Assembly (NCBI GenBank): GCA_964187785.1
Contig: OZ076409.1
Coordinates: 98,210,001-98,274,000, forward strand
Length of the DNA: 64,000 nt
Direction of reading: 5' to 3'
DNA from: Amphiscolops sp. MND2022
Taxonomy: Eukaryota
Made by a program: the position numbers and the translations under genes. The notes under the pieces were generated by a model, which did no database searches, was not told the origin of the DNA, and saw only the letters and a list, made by a program, of their open reading frames with translations. Of this stretch, positions 24,426 to 36,752 are shown in pieces (position 1 is the first letter of the stretch; each line of letters starts with the position of its first letter).

Positions 24426-25187
24426 ATCTAATAACGATTTTTTGCAATAATTCCGAATAAACTTTGAAAGTTCTAGTTGCAGTTAATCATTAACTGGTTT
24501 TGAGGTTACTTTTAGCTATTTATAAGGTCTTGGTGAATCTGACATGATTTGTCGCTTTTTCCCAATTGATATGGTTTGTCGCTTTAAATGAGTTGTCGCT
24601 AAGCCCTCATCATACATGGTGCAAATTTTCCATGCTAAGTCATGCTGCAAATATTCCAACAGAAGATGTATTTTGGTTGGGAATGTCAAGAATAAGCCCG
24701 AAATGCTTACCTAGTAAACAGACCAAGACAACTAAAATAGCACAGCGAAAAACTGATGGAGGGATGCTTCTGAATTGTATGCAAGGAAACATTATAACGG
24801 TTTTCGAGATCTAAGCAATATATCTGGATAGTGAATGAGTAATGAATTTACAGACGTAATAATGAGAAAAACGTTTTGAAAAACGAACATTTACTGCAGT
24901 CAAAAAAGCGGCAATTTGAGAGAACTCGAAAAAAAAATTCAAAAGAAACACAATGGCAGAAATCATGTCTGAATGAAGAATTCATCTATCCTCAATGAAA
25001 GGGCGCAATCTTCATGAACTTAAATGGCATCGCATATTTTGAAGTCTTCAACATTTGGAATTTTCCCCAAGATCCTGGGAAATTCCCGCTTTTCTTGGCA
25101 ATCCTGACAAGATCCCGATAACAAATCGAAAACTTGCCAAGACTCCCAGTGTCTTGCCTTTCTTTGGAAAGATCACGCAATCTCGGT

Positions 25188-25567
25188 TTTTAGTCGGCGC
25201 ACCATGAAATGAAACGCGACTATACTAGTGACTTTTTTCAATCCAAACGAACTGACCAAAATAGTTCTTACAAGTTTTATAAACTTTAAGGTGACAAATT
25301 GGCCCCCTTTCCGTTTTTTTTCGAAAATTGTATGACTTTTTTTGGAAATTTTTTTTCACCGGAGGGTCCCCGGGGCCCCTTTAATTGTTTGACATTTTGC
25401 GACAGAAAAGTTGAAAAATCCGAAAAGATCCCCCCTTTTTGGGCGCCAATTCGGTCCAACTTTTGGGTTTTTCGGGTACTGTAAAAGAGAATACTTGACA
25501 CTTTGAAGTCCTTTTGCTATTTTTGAGCCTTAAATATGGCGCCGACTCATGCCGTTCCCGGCTTGTT
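25188..25567 (-). mobile_element. DINE-1/HINE-like non-autonomous element
   Basis: Subterminal inverted repeat AGTCGGCGC...GCGCCGACT and terminus CCGTTCCCGGCTTGTT. Confidence 0.6.
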
Positions 25568-25989
25568 CTACAAGATCTTTTTTGCTTCTCGGCATTTTTG
25601 ATTTTGGCTGTTCCATGGTACACAGACTATGCTACAAAAAAGTAGCAACCACCAAGGTATAGCAATTTTGGCAAGATACCCGCGAGGATACCCAGCAAGA
25701 TTTTGCCAGGATCCTCTCAAGATCGCAAGATTTCCAAGATGTCAAACACTGGTCAGTGGCGAACAGCAAAAATACCTCAGTTAAAACAGAATACTTACCA
25801 TATGACTAAAGGGTAAACTGTCGGACTGTTACATGCTGGAATGCAGGTTCACGATGCGTTTTTTGCAAAGTTATGATTTTTTTTCTCTGAAAATGATACG
25901 TTGCTAATGTTCTCTTGATTATTTTCTAGAACCCAGTGACGAATCAAACCGTGATACAAAAATAGGTTCTTGAGACCTCTGGTCGAGAA

Positions 25990-26466
25990 AAAAAGCCGGG
26001 AACGGCCCAAGTCGGCGCTATATCCAAGGTTCAAAAATAGCATAAGGGCTTCAAAGTGTCAGGAAGACGTTTTATCCGAATTTTGAAAACGTTATATCCG
26101 AACTTTAGGAAGCATAAACGAGAAACTTTATATCCGATATTTGTTATATCCGGTTTGTGTTGAATTGGGTTTGCGCCAAAAATATCCTAAAGCGGGACTC
26201 TTTTGTGACATTGAAACATTCTCCAAAATACGTATTATCCGGTATACGCTATATTCCCGGATTTCGTTATATCCGGTTGTTTTCGCTAAATCCGGTAACG
26301 GTTGTGTTATTGTCGAAGTGGACTCCTTAGCAACTTTAACAGCTTTGACAATTCTCCAAGGAACGTTATATCCGGTATACGTTACAGTTTATAAAGCTTA
26401 TGAAATCTGTCACTTCGATGGTCTTAAAAATGTCAGTGCTATAGTCTACGTTTTCGCCGACTAAAA
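25990..26466 (+). mobile_element. DINE-1/HINE-like element with internal GTTATATCCG repeats
   Basis: AAGCCGGGAACGGCCCAAGTCGGCGC ... CGCCGACTAAAA. Confidence 0.55.
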
Positions 26467-26984
26467 GTCATCTTGCATGAATCTTACAAATCAATCATAA
26501 AAAATGTAAAATCTTGCAAGATAAGGGCAGAAAAAGCAAATCTGGCAAGAATCTGACAGACAGACTTGAAATCAGAGCATCACCAAGAAAAACTTCTTGC
26601 AAGATTTACATCACTTTGCAGACAAAATTTCTGCTGCAAATTGAGAAGTTTTTATGGCCCTAAAACTAAAGCATTCAAATAGATACAAAGCTCAATACCA
26701 CCTATTTTCATTTGGGACGTTAAACAAGAAAAATGTCGGATCCAAAAAATGTTCTTCGACGGCTCTGATTCAATTTTCACTGGAATTGAAACTAACTATC
26801 GGATGAACTGCAAACAGAAAAGAAAAATTTTCAGCGATGAACCCTTTTCTATTTTGAAGGGTATGACTGTTTCAATTGCCAAAAAATCTTAAAAGGGGCA
26901 ACCTATGGAAAAAAACACCTTTTAAGGAGTTCAAGAGTTCTCAGGATTATTTTCGGATTCCATTCAAAATCAGAACGAAGTATT

Positions 26985-27220
26985 GTTGTCTAAAATGAAT
27001 CTATGGTACCTCGATGACGGACATTCAAGTGATGATTACCGAACACTTTTGAAATACCTATAACAAATTGATGCTGAAACGTTCCTCAGAGTCAAAATCA
27101 ACCCCACGAATATTAATCAAACGAAAAAAAATCAATCCCATTTTTTGTGTTGACGTTACTGATCAACGGCACTCGACAAACTTAGGTTCGTTTCAAAAAT
27201 CTGCCATGGTATTGAAACAG
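26985..27220 (+). pseudogene. Non-LTR (CRE-like) reverse transcriptase fragment
   Basis: Manual translation SKMNLWYLDDGHSSDDYRTLLKYL*QIDAETFLRVKINPT shows a YLDDG core and an LKIN-like downstream motif, with a stop and frameshifts. Confidence 0.65.
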
Positions 27221-27782
27221 TAGTTAGAATTGTTGAAAAACTGGATCCACCTATGGTATTGACATATTGAAGGTTTGCTCCACTCTATCTAATTATCGTA
27301 CGTTTAAAGAAGCACTACCTCTTTGAATCATCCAACTCTCTAAGAAAAGTATGACACAACCGCACGCGACGGGCTTTTCAAAGTGTGTAACGTGGACTTT
27401 GGCGATGTTTGGAGTACTTACCACCCTGGCTCTGACTGACCGCTGAAATGTGTGGCATAGGAGTTTTATCAACATTAGCACTCTCCGCCTATCTGCCTTA
27501 TCTTTGTCCTTGAGAAATACGTGAATAGTCTAACTTGGCAACTCTGATCTTCCGGAACTCACTGTTACAAAGAAGTTTGGAGTTCAATCCTTTGCCTTTT
27601 GTAGCAAGTTATTATCTCTTACACCGTTTTCTAGTTTTATTGGGCTTAATAACTGCCATGGTGTTGTTCACATGTAGGGAATCCTTTTGGACTTTAGTTT
27701 GTCGCTGGTGTTACGTAATGGTAATAATTTGGTTTGTACGTGTTGTAGTATTTGAAAAGTTGTTGAGTTGTGAAAAGGCGAG

Positions 27783-30500
27783 TTGGAGACTGATAGGTCC
27801 TCACGGCGTCGAACACGAATTTATAGATCACTTAATCGACTACGTCGTGATATGGTGAGAGATCATCCCGTGTTCGAGCTGTTCAAGAGTGTTTCCAGTA
27901 CTGGTTGTTCCACTGCACGACTTGTGAGCGCGATGTCTCAATGGATACTCGAGGAGTTACCGAGTTGGGACGACTTTTCATGGGTCCCAGAGATTGGAAT
28001 CAGGACGTGGTGTATCGAGTACACCATGATCTCCCAGTTTTCAACCGGTTGATGGACCCCATGAAGCTTTCGTCTGAGCAGCGATTATTTGTCGCGTCTT
28101 TGCAAGGAAAAGCCGGAAGGATTCAGCTTTCCGAAGAACCTGTTGCCTGCATGTACTAAGATAGACTCCAGTCTGCCACTGATGACCCTAGTGAGTTCTT
28201 TGTCGGAGCTGCACAAGGCTGAAAACAGTTACGTACTGCTGCGAAAGTTGTGGGGTGTTTCCGGAACCTTTGGGACCTGAAAACCTTTCTCATCACCTGA
28301 ACTGGAGCCGCGCTGAGTCTCTGTTTAGTTTTTTATCCTTTTAGTTCATAAACGTAATGTGTGTTTGTGTCGTTTGGACGTGAGGTCGTTGCAGGCGGTT
28401 AATAGTGTTGTCGGTAGGTCACAAAGATGTGAGTTGTTCAGTCCTTGATATGCCGTGCCATCTTTCCGCGTGTGCTGCGGTCGCTCTTTGCACGGGTCTC
28501 TGCATTCAAGGAGTACTGTGTTTTCTTGCTGGAGCTTGTCGACGGGCAGTTTTTTGTCGTAGATACCTGGGACGAGGACAAACTGCAATCCATTTGTGTT
28601 CGCGTGGAAACGTCCGGGCAGGGTGTGCCGCGGCTGAGTTGTCACAGTCCCTTGACAGTGTTATTTCATGCCAGTTGCCTCTTTCCATTCAAAGTGGTAG
28701 TCCGTCCGTCCTGCACGTGCTCAACGAAATTTGTGTTGATGGTCGACGCTTTAAGTTGTGGCAGGAATTTAATGTGGACGCGTTTTTGCAATGCTATCGA
28801 CAAGCACGTCAGGATGTCTTTGGCATGTTAGAAGTGACAACCATGAAGGACTATCTGATGTTGCGTTTGCGAGGTGCCCTTCAGGAGCTTTGATTGGAGG
28901 ACGTTACTAATCTGCGTTGTTGCATCGTCGTTGGCTGTGAGTGGTTTTCGGAGTTGCGGGGTGCTGTTGCTGATTTACTCCCAGTATGGGAGTGTATGCA
29001 GGCCTTTCTGCGCTACACTGGCTTCAAACATCTTCAGAGCAGCTCATATAGGATAATTGCTTCCATTGTGATTTCTTGAGTGGGTGGAAGAGTTCAGTTT
29101 CAGTTTTGTTTTGTAATATTTGTGTTTTTTTAGTTGGTAGGGTGGTGTACCACTGTTACTTGTTGAGTATTTGCGTTTTGTTTGCAGATGCGTGAAAGTG
29201 ACAGGCTTGTCTAGAGTGAAGGGATTAATGAACTGCGTCTGGGCCTCCTGGTGCATGTACTTGATCTGCGTGAGGTTTCTGGTTGGATTGTAGGCTTTGA
29301 TTGGGTGTAGGTAATTTTGAGGGTATTTCTGTTTAGAAGCGAGTTCCTTTAAGAAACAACTGTGAAGACGGAGTGATTATGGCTTCCAAAATTATACCGA
29401 ACTGTGTCAGTTTGTTAATTGCCTCTTGTCACGCAGTTCGAAAGTGGAGCTGTCTTCTTTGCTATCCTTTGATGCTTGGGAGAGTTATATGAATGCCTCA
29501 GAGCTTGTCGCCTACGAGAAAGTTGACATGGATGATTTGTTGCCGCTGCAAAAATTCGAAGAGAAATTGCAGCGTCGTGATACTACTGAGGTGCAGGATT
29601 TCCGCAGTAAATGTCGTGAGTTCTTCGACCAGCTTGTAGACTGTAATCTGTCGCATCACACTGTCCTGAGTTATTGCTGGAGGGGGATGACAAACATGTT
29701 TTTATTCTGTCCAAACATCTTATACGAACTCTTGAAAAAGGTGGATGATTGTCTTCTGTCGAGTCGGAAGCTGGCATTGAGGAGTTGTTGCCTATAATAT
29801 TGATCTGCATGCCCGACATTCGAGTAGTGCCGAACCCATAACTGACATTACTGCCTATCAGCTTGCTGATTATGGATTCATGTCGCGGAGGAACTTGTGT
29901 CGAGTCTTCAAATTTTGTTGTTTGGTGGTGCGAAAAGTTTTAGTGGATTACCCTGCAGTTGACCGAAGTCTGAATGGTTGTATCGTCCCCCTGATTGGTG
30001 TGACCTCCTGTATACGAGGGGTGCAGAGTTGTGTCTCTGCACCTGGTTACAAGCATATTGCCTTTTTTACTAAACACTCTATGGTTGGGGTTCGGAAAGC
30101 TATTGCAGACGCTCGTTGATTTATGTGGTTTTTGTCGTCTGATCCATGGAATGGAATATGAAGTGGTGGGCTTGCTGCGTTTGTGGTTCGCTATTGTACC
30201 TTAATTGAAATACACTTCAGCAATCAGACAAATATGTCCCGTAAGCGGCTTGGTGACGTCAGCAAACGAAGTCAAAAGTTCCAATTTGCGTGTGATGTGG
30301 AGTCCTCCACTGTGAATTCTTCAGGGAGTGCTTCCTCATCAGTCCAACTGTGGTTGAGGGTGTATCTAGATCAGCGAGTCAAAGCAAAACGAAGCGTCAC
30401 GCGAGCTTTTCTTCACTTCTGGGGCGGAAAGGAGTTGAACTGTAAGAGGCGAAAACTGCAAACTGCCAAGAAAACACCAAAAAGATCTGGTGAAGTTCGT
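27783..30500 (+). pseudogene. Degenerate multi-frame ORF with a BED/C2H2-like finger, possibly derived from a hAT/ZNF862-like transposase (copy 1)
   Basis: Overlapping + strand ORF pieces join into a protein-like text: ...FHCTTCERDVSMDTRGVTELGRLF..., ...EYCVFLLELVDGQFFVVDTW..., ...FRSKCREFFDQLVD. Family assignment is tentative. Confidence 0.4.
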
Positions 30501-31870
30501 GCTTCTGGTTCGAATATAAGTTGGTGTAATCATTTGATGAACTTTTTGTTTTACGTATTTTTTGTTGTTCGCTGTCTTCGGACAGTTGCTTGTAGTTGTT
30601 TGTCTGATAAGATAAGGCTCCGATTAGAAAAAGGAAAGAAGTCGTTGAAAAACTTTGGAAGTAACAACAAATCCCTGGCCCTAGTATACCTAAATTTGAA
30701 TTAGGCAGATGGGTTCAGTTTGGACTCCTCAAAACGTCGTAGTCATTGTTTGTGAGTCGTAGTGATAACGTCAATTCATCTAAAGTCAGGATCAGCATTA
30801 TGTTTAGGATTAGGTCTCAGATTAATTTTGGCAACTTTTGGCGGATTGAATCCAACAACTGTAGGTGGTGACCTACGGGTATAAGCGGGCATTCAATGGA
30901 TGGGGCGCGTCGTACATAAGGATTATCTCTCACGTCGTTAGTGAGATTTATAAGGTCAGATGACAGCGGCTCGACGTTGTCTGTAGTCTGACCTTGTTCT
31001 GCTGTTAATTCTTGAGCTTCTATTTCCTCAGTAGTGTCTGTTGTTTTTCTTGTTGTAGTGTTGTCGATTTGACTGTCAAAGTTCAGTTCCCAAGATGTAG
31101 CGTACCTTTCGTTATATGGCGTTTCGACGTCCGGATCAGGTAGGTGTTCGTTTGATCGTACTGTGACGTCGGGCATGCGTTGCTCTCGTACGTAGGGACG
31201 AATTTGTGTTCACTGCAGCGTTTGCATATATCTTGTCACAATTTCCCTGGTCAATTGTACTGGACAAACTTAGGTTCGTTTCAAAAATCTGCCATGGTAT
31301 TGAAACAGTAGTTAGAATTGTTGAAAAACTGGATCCACCTATGGTATTGACATATTGAAGGTTTGCTCCACTCTATCTAATTATCGTACGTTTAAAGAAG
31401 CACTACCTCTTTGAATCATCCAACTCTCTAAGAAAAGTATGACACAACCGCACGCGACGGGCTTTTCAAAGTGTGTAACGTGGACTTTGGCGATGTTTGG
31501 AGTACTTACCACCCTGGCTCTGACTGACCGCTGAAATGTGTGGCATAGGAGTTTTATCAACATTAGCACTCTCCGCCTATCTGCCTTATCTTTGTCCTTG
31601 AGAAATACGTGAATAGTCTAACTTGGCAACTCTGATCTTCCGGAACTCACTGTTACAAAGAAGTTTGGAGTTCAATCCTTTGCCTTTTGTAGCAAGTTAT
31701 TATCTCTTACACCGTTTTCTAGTTTTATTGGGCTTAATAACTGCCATGGTGTTGTTCACATGTAGGGAATCCTTTTGGACTTTAGTTTGTCGCTGGTGTT
31801 ACGTAATGGTAATAATTTGGTTTGTACGTGTTGTAGTATTTGAAAAGTTGTTGAGTTGTGAAAAGGCGAG

Positions 31871-34590
31871 TTGGAGACTGATAGGTCCTCACGGCGTCGA
31901 ACACGAATTTATAGATCACTTAATCGACTACGTCGTGATATGGTGAGAGATCATCCCGTGTTCGAGCTGTTCAAGAGTGTTTCCAGTACTGGTTGTTCCA
32001 CTGCACGACTTGTGAGCGCGATGTCTCAATGGATACTCGAGGAGTTACCGAGTTGGGACGACTTTTCATGGGTCCCAGAGATTGGAATCAGGACGTGGTG
32101 TATCGAGTACACCATGATCTCCCAGTTTTCAACCGGTTGATGGACCCCATGAAGCTTTCGTCTGAGCAGCGATTATTTGTCGCGTCTTTGCAAGGAAAAG
32201 CCGGAAGGATTCAGCTTTCCGAAGAACCTGTTGCCTGCATGTACTAAGATAGACTCCAGTCTGCCACTGATGACCCTAGTGAGTTCTTTGTCGGAGCTGC
32301 ACAAGGCTGAAAACAGTTACGTACTGCTGCGAAAGTTGTGGGGTGTTTCCGGAACCTTTGGGACCTGAAAAACTTTCTCATCACCTGAACTGGAGCCGCG
32401 CTGAGTCTCTGTTTAGTTTTTTATCCTTTTAGTTCATAAACGTAATGTGTGTTTGTGTCGTTTGGACGTGAGGTCGTTGCAGGCGGTTAATAGTGTTGTC
32501 GGTAGGTCACAAAGATGTGAGTTGTTCAGTCCTTGATATGCCGTGCCATCTTTCCGCGTGTGCTGCGGTCGCTCTTTGCACGGGTCTCTGCATTCAAGGA
32601 GTACTGTGTTTTCTTGCTGGAGCTTGTCGACGGGCAGTTTTTTGTCGTAGATACCTGGGACGAGGACAAACTGCAATCCATTTGTGTTCGCGTGGAAACG
32701 TCCGGGCAGGGTGTGCCGCGGCTGAGTTGTCACAGTCCCTTGACAGTGTTATTTCATGCCAGTTGCCTCTTTCCATTCAAAGTGGTAGTCCGTCCGTCCT
32801 GCACGTGCTCAACGAAATTTGTGTTGATGGTCGACGCTTTAAGTTGTGGCAGGAATTTAATGTGGACGCGTTTTTGCAATGCTATCGACAAGCACGTCAG
32901 GATGTCTTTGGCATGTTAGAAGTGACAACCATGAAGGACTATCTGATGTTGCGTTTGCGAGGTGCCCTTCAGGAGCTTTGATTGGAGGACGTTACTAATC
33001 TGCGTTGTTGCATCGTCGTTGGCTGTGAGTGGTTTTCGGAGTTGCGGGGTGCTGTTGCTGATTTACTCCCAGTATGGGAGTGTATGCAGGCCTTTCTGCG
33101 CTACACTGGCTTCAAACATCTTCAGAGCAGCTCATATAGGATAATTGCTTCCATTGTGATTTCTTGAGTGGGTGGAAGAGTTCAGTTTCAGTTTTGTTTT
33201 GTAATATTTGTGTTTTTTTAGTTGGTAGGGTGGTGTACCACTGTTACTTGTTGAGTATTTGCGTTTTGTTTGCAGATGCGTGAAAGTGACAGGCTTGTCT
33301 AGAGTGAAGGGATTAATGAACTGCGTCTGGGCCTCCTGGTGCATGTACTTGATCTGCGTGAGGTTTCTGGTTGGATTGTAGGCTTTGATTGGGTGTAGGT
33401 AATTTTGAGGGTATTTCTGTTTAGAAGCGAGTTCCTTTAAGAAACAACTGTGAAGACGGAGTGATTATGGCTTCCAAAATTATACCGAACTGTGTCAGTT
33501 TGTTAATTGCCTCTTGTCACGCAGTTCGAAAGTGGAGCTGTCTTCTTTGCTATCCTTTGATGCTTGGGAGAGTTATATGAATGCCTCAGAGCTTGTCGCC
33601 TACGAGAAAGTTGACATGGATGATTTGTTGCCGCTGCAAAAATTCGAAGAGAAATTGCAGCGTCGTGATACTACTGAGGTGCAGGATTTCCGCAGTAAAT
33701 GTCGTGAGTTCTTCGACCAGCTTGTAGACTGTAATCTGTCGCATCACACTGTCCTGAGTTATTGCTGGAGGGGGATGACAAACATGTTTTTATTCTGTCC
33801 AAACATCTTATACGAACTCTTGAAAAAGGTGGATGATTGTCTTCTGTCGAGTCGGAAGCTGGCATTGAGGAGTTGTTGCCTATAATATTGATCTGCATGC
33901 CCGACATTCGAGTAGTGCCGAACCCATAACTGACATTACTGCCTATCAGCTTGCTGATTATGGATTCATGTCGCGGAGGAACTTGTGTCGAGTCTTCAAA
34001 TTTTGTTGTTTGGTGGTGCGAAAAGTTTTAGTGGATTACCCTGCAGTTGACCGAAGTCTGAATGGTTGTATCGTCCCCCTGATTGTTGTGACCTCCTGTA
34101 TACGAGGGGTGCAGAGTTGTGTCTCTGCACCTGGTTACAAGCATATTGCCTTTTTTACTAAACACTCTATGGTTGGGGTTCGGAAAGCTATTGCAGACGC
34201 TCGTTGATTTATGTGGTTTTTGTCGTCTGATCCATGGAATGGAATATGAAGTGGTGTGCTTGCTGCGTTTGTGGTTCGCTATTGTACCTTAATTGAAATA
34301 CACTTGAGCAATCAGACAAATATGTCCCGTAAGCGGCTTGGTGACGTCAGCAAATGAAGTCAAAAGTTCCAATTTGCGTGTGATGTGGAATCCTCCACTG
34401 TGAATTCTTCAGGGAGTGCTTCCTCATCAGTCCAACTGTGGTTGAGGGTGTATCTAGATCAGCGAGTCAAAGCAAAACGAAGCGTCACGCGAGCTTTTCT
34501 TCACTTCTGGGGCGGAAAGGAGTTGAACTGTAAGAGGCGAAAACTGCAAACTGCCAAGAAAACACCAAAAAGATCTGGTGAAGTTCGTGC
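31871..34590 (+). pseudogene. Second copy of the degenerate Zn-finger ORF
   Basis: Duplicate of 27783-30500. Confidence 0.4.
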
Positions 34591-35468
34591 TTCTGGTTCG
34601 AATATAAGTTGGTGTAATCATTTGATGAACTTTTTGTTTTACGTATTTTTTGTTGTTCGCTGTCTTCGGACAGTTGCTTGTAGTTGTTTGTCTGATAAGA
34701 TAAGGCTCCGATTAGAAAAAGGAAAGAAGTCGTTGAAAAACTTTGGAAGTAACAACAAATCCCTGGCCCTAGTATACCTAAATTTGAATTAGGCAGATGG
34801 GTTCAGTTTGGACTCCTCAAAACGTCGTAGTCATTGTTTTGTGAGTCGAAGTGATAACGTCAATTCATCTAAAGTCAGGATCAGCATTATGTTTAGGATT
34901 AGGTCTCAGATTAATTTTGGCAACTTTTGGCGGATTGAATCCAACAACTGTAGGTGGTGACCTACGGGTATAAGCGGGCATTCAATGGATGGGGCGCGTC
35001 GTACATAAGGATTATCTCTCACGTCGTTAGTGAGATTTATAAGGTCAGACGACAGCGGCTCGACGTTGTCTGTAGTCTGACCTTGTTCTGCTGTTAATTC
35101 TTGAGCTTCTATTTCCTCAGTAGTGTCTGTTGTTTTTCTTGTTGTAGTGTTGTCGATTTGACTGTCAAAGTTCAGTTCCCAAGATGTAGCGTACCTTTCG
35201 TTATATGGCGTTTCGACGTCCGGATCAGGTAGGTGTTCGTTTGATCGTACTGTGACGTCGGGCATGCGTTGCTCTCGTACGTAGGGACGAATTTGTGTTC
35301 ACTGCAGCGTTTGCATATATCTTGTCACAATTTCCCTGGTCGTGTAAACGTTATTGGACACTAATGTTATCACAAGGTACTTTCCTGTCCGAATGCAGTC
35401 TTGAAACGCAAACTATGTGGACTGGTTGTCAGGTTTCAGGTCAAGGATGAAGAAGTAGTTAAGGATGT

Positions 35469-35666
35469 AGCAGTAGTGGTGCTCCAGACGCTTTACGGTC
35501 ACTGTACTATCCAATGGTGCAAACTAGTCAACGTACGAAGCTGTGTCCACTAGTGTAACGTCCTATCAATGCGCGTAATGTGTGACAAGTGTAAAACTTC
35601 CAAAAAAATATTCGCGCTCTGATTGGACAAAAATCGAACTAGCAGGATCCTGCTAGTTCGTTACCG
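35469..35666. mobile_element. ~200-bp insertion in the degenerate integrase tail, containing a perfect 26-bp palindrome
   Basis: Flanked by duplicated GGATGT (35463-35468, 35667-35672). CGAACTAGCAGGATCCTGCTAGTTCG at 35635-35660. Confidence 0.5.
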
Positions 35667-36115
35667 GGATGTGTATCGTAATGGTGGTAATATTTCTTGT
35701 ATTTGATATAGGATAACAAAATGTAGTCCTTTGCTGACGCACGTACGTCGTCAATTTGTTTTTGCAGTTGATCTGCTACATCTGAATTAGAGGTAAATTT
35801 ATTATTTCAGTTTGATACCCAATTTTGGATCGAGTCTATTGTACGGTGTTCTTCCATGGAACATTGTGGATGATTCACTGCCCAATGTTTCGTGGTAAAA
35901 CGTATTGTACTTCATGGCTGCTATTTGGACGTAATTGTGCCACTTTGAAAGTCGTTCTTCCGACGATATTTTCCGTGCTGTTTTAATAGACTCGTGCATT
36001 TTTCCATTATTCTGAACATTTGTGCGTGCGCTGTGGACGCGTGTCTCATTTGTACTTCCAGGATCCCTGTTGTTTCTGCGACAACTTCTCTTCGGAATTG
36101 CAATCTATGTCTGAT

Positions 36116-36752
36116 AACAAACCGGGACCGGCGCAAGTCGGCGCCATATCCAAGACTCAAAAATAACAAAAAGACTTCCAAGTGTCAAGTATTCTTTTTT
36201 ACAGTTCTCGAAAATCGAAAATTTTTCGAAAAAATTTCGAAAAAATTACATACTCAAAAACATTGACCGAGTGATCGCTAAAGTCTCACAATGCCGAAAA
36301 ACTGAAAAGGGGGACCCTTTGAGGTTTTTCAACATTCATTCTGTCGCGAAATATGAAAAAATTGAAGAAAACAAAATTTTTATTTTCGTTAAAAAATCTC
36401 ACAATGACGAAACAAACTGAAAGGGGGGACCCTTTGGATTTTTTAACATCAATTCTGTCGCAAAACATCAAAAAAATGCAGGGGGCCCTTCAGGGAAATT
36501 TTTTTTCAAAAAAAAGTCTTGCAGTGCCGAAAAACAATGAAAAGGGGACACTTTGATCTCGCCCGGTATGGTATGTTACGCGGAAAAACAGGAAACACCT
36601 TTTTGGTTCAGTTCGCTAGGCCAAATAGTGCAATTTGGTGCAATAATATTTTGTAGAACTTTTAAGAACTATTTTGGTAAGTTCGTGTGGATAGAAAAAA
36701 AGAGAGTCACTATAATAGTCTTGTTTCCCTTCTTGAAGCGCCGACTAGAAAA
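36116..36752 (+). mobile_element. DINE-1/HINE-like element inserted in the degenerate integrase
   Basis: AACAAACCGGGACCGGCGCAAGTCGGCGCC...AAGCGCCGACTAGAAAA. It interrupts the integrase text right after HAYLPT, at an AA/TT site with no obvious TSD. Confidence 0.7.

Larger units (their letters stand above)
27175..35341. repeat. ~4.08-kb direct tandem duplication (27175-31252 and 31263-35341) with a 10-bp junction filler
   Basis: The ORF track repeats at an offset of 4088. Both copies start GACAAACTTAGG and end TTTCCCTGGTC, with AATTGTACTG between them. Confidence 0.95.

Noticed and set aside
27175..35341. Pair of 4-kb LTRs
   Set aside because: No TG...CA ends, TSD or internal region; the copies are adjacent and cut through older relics.
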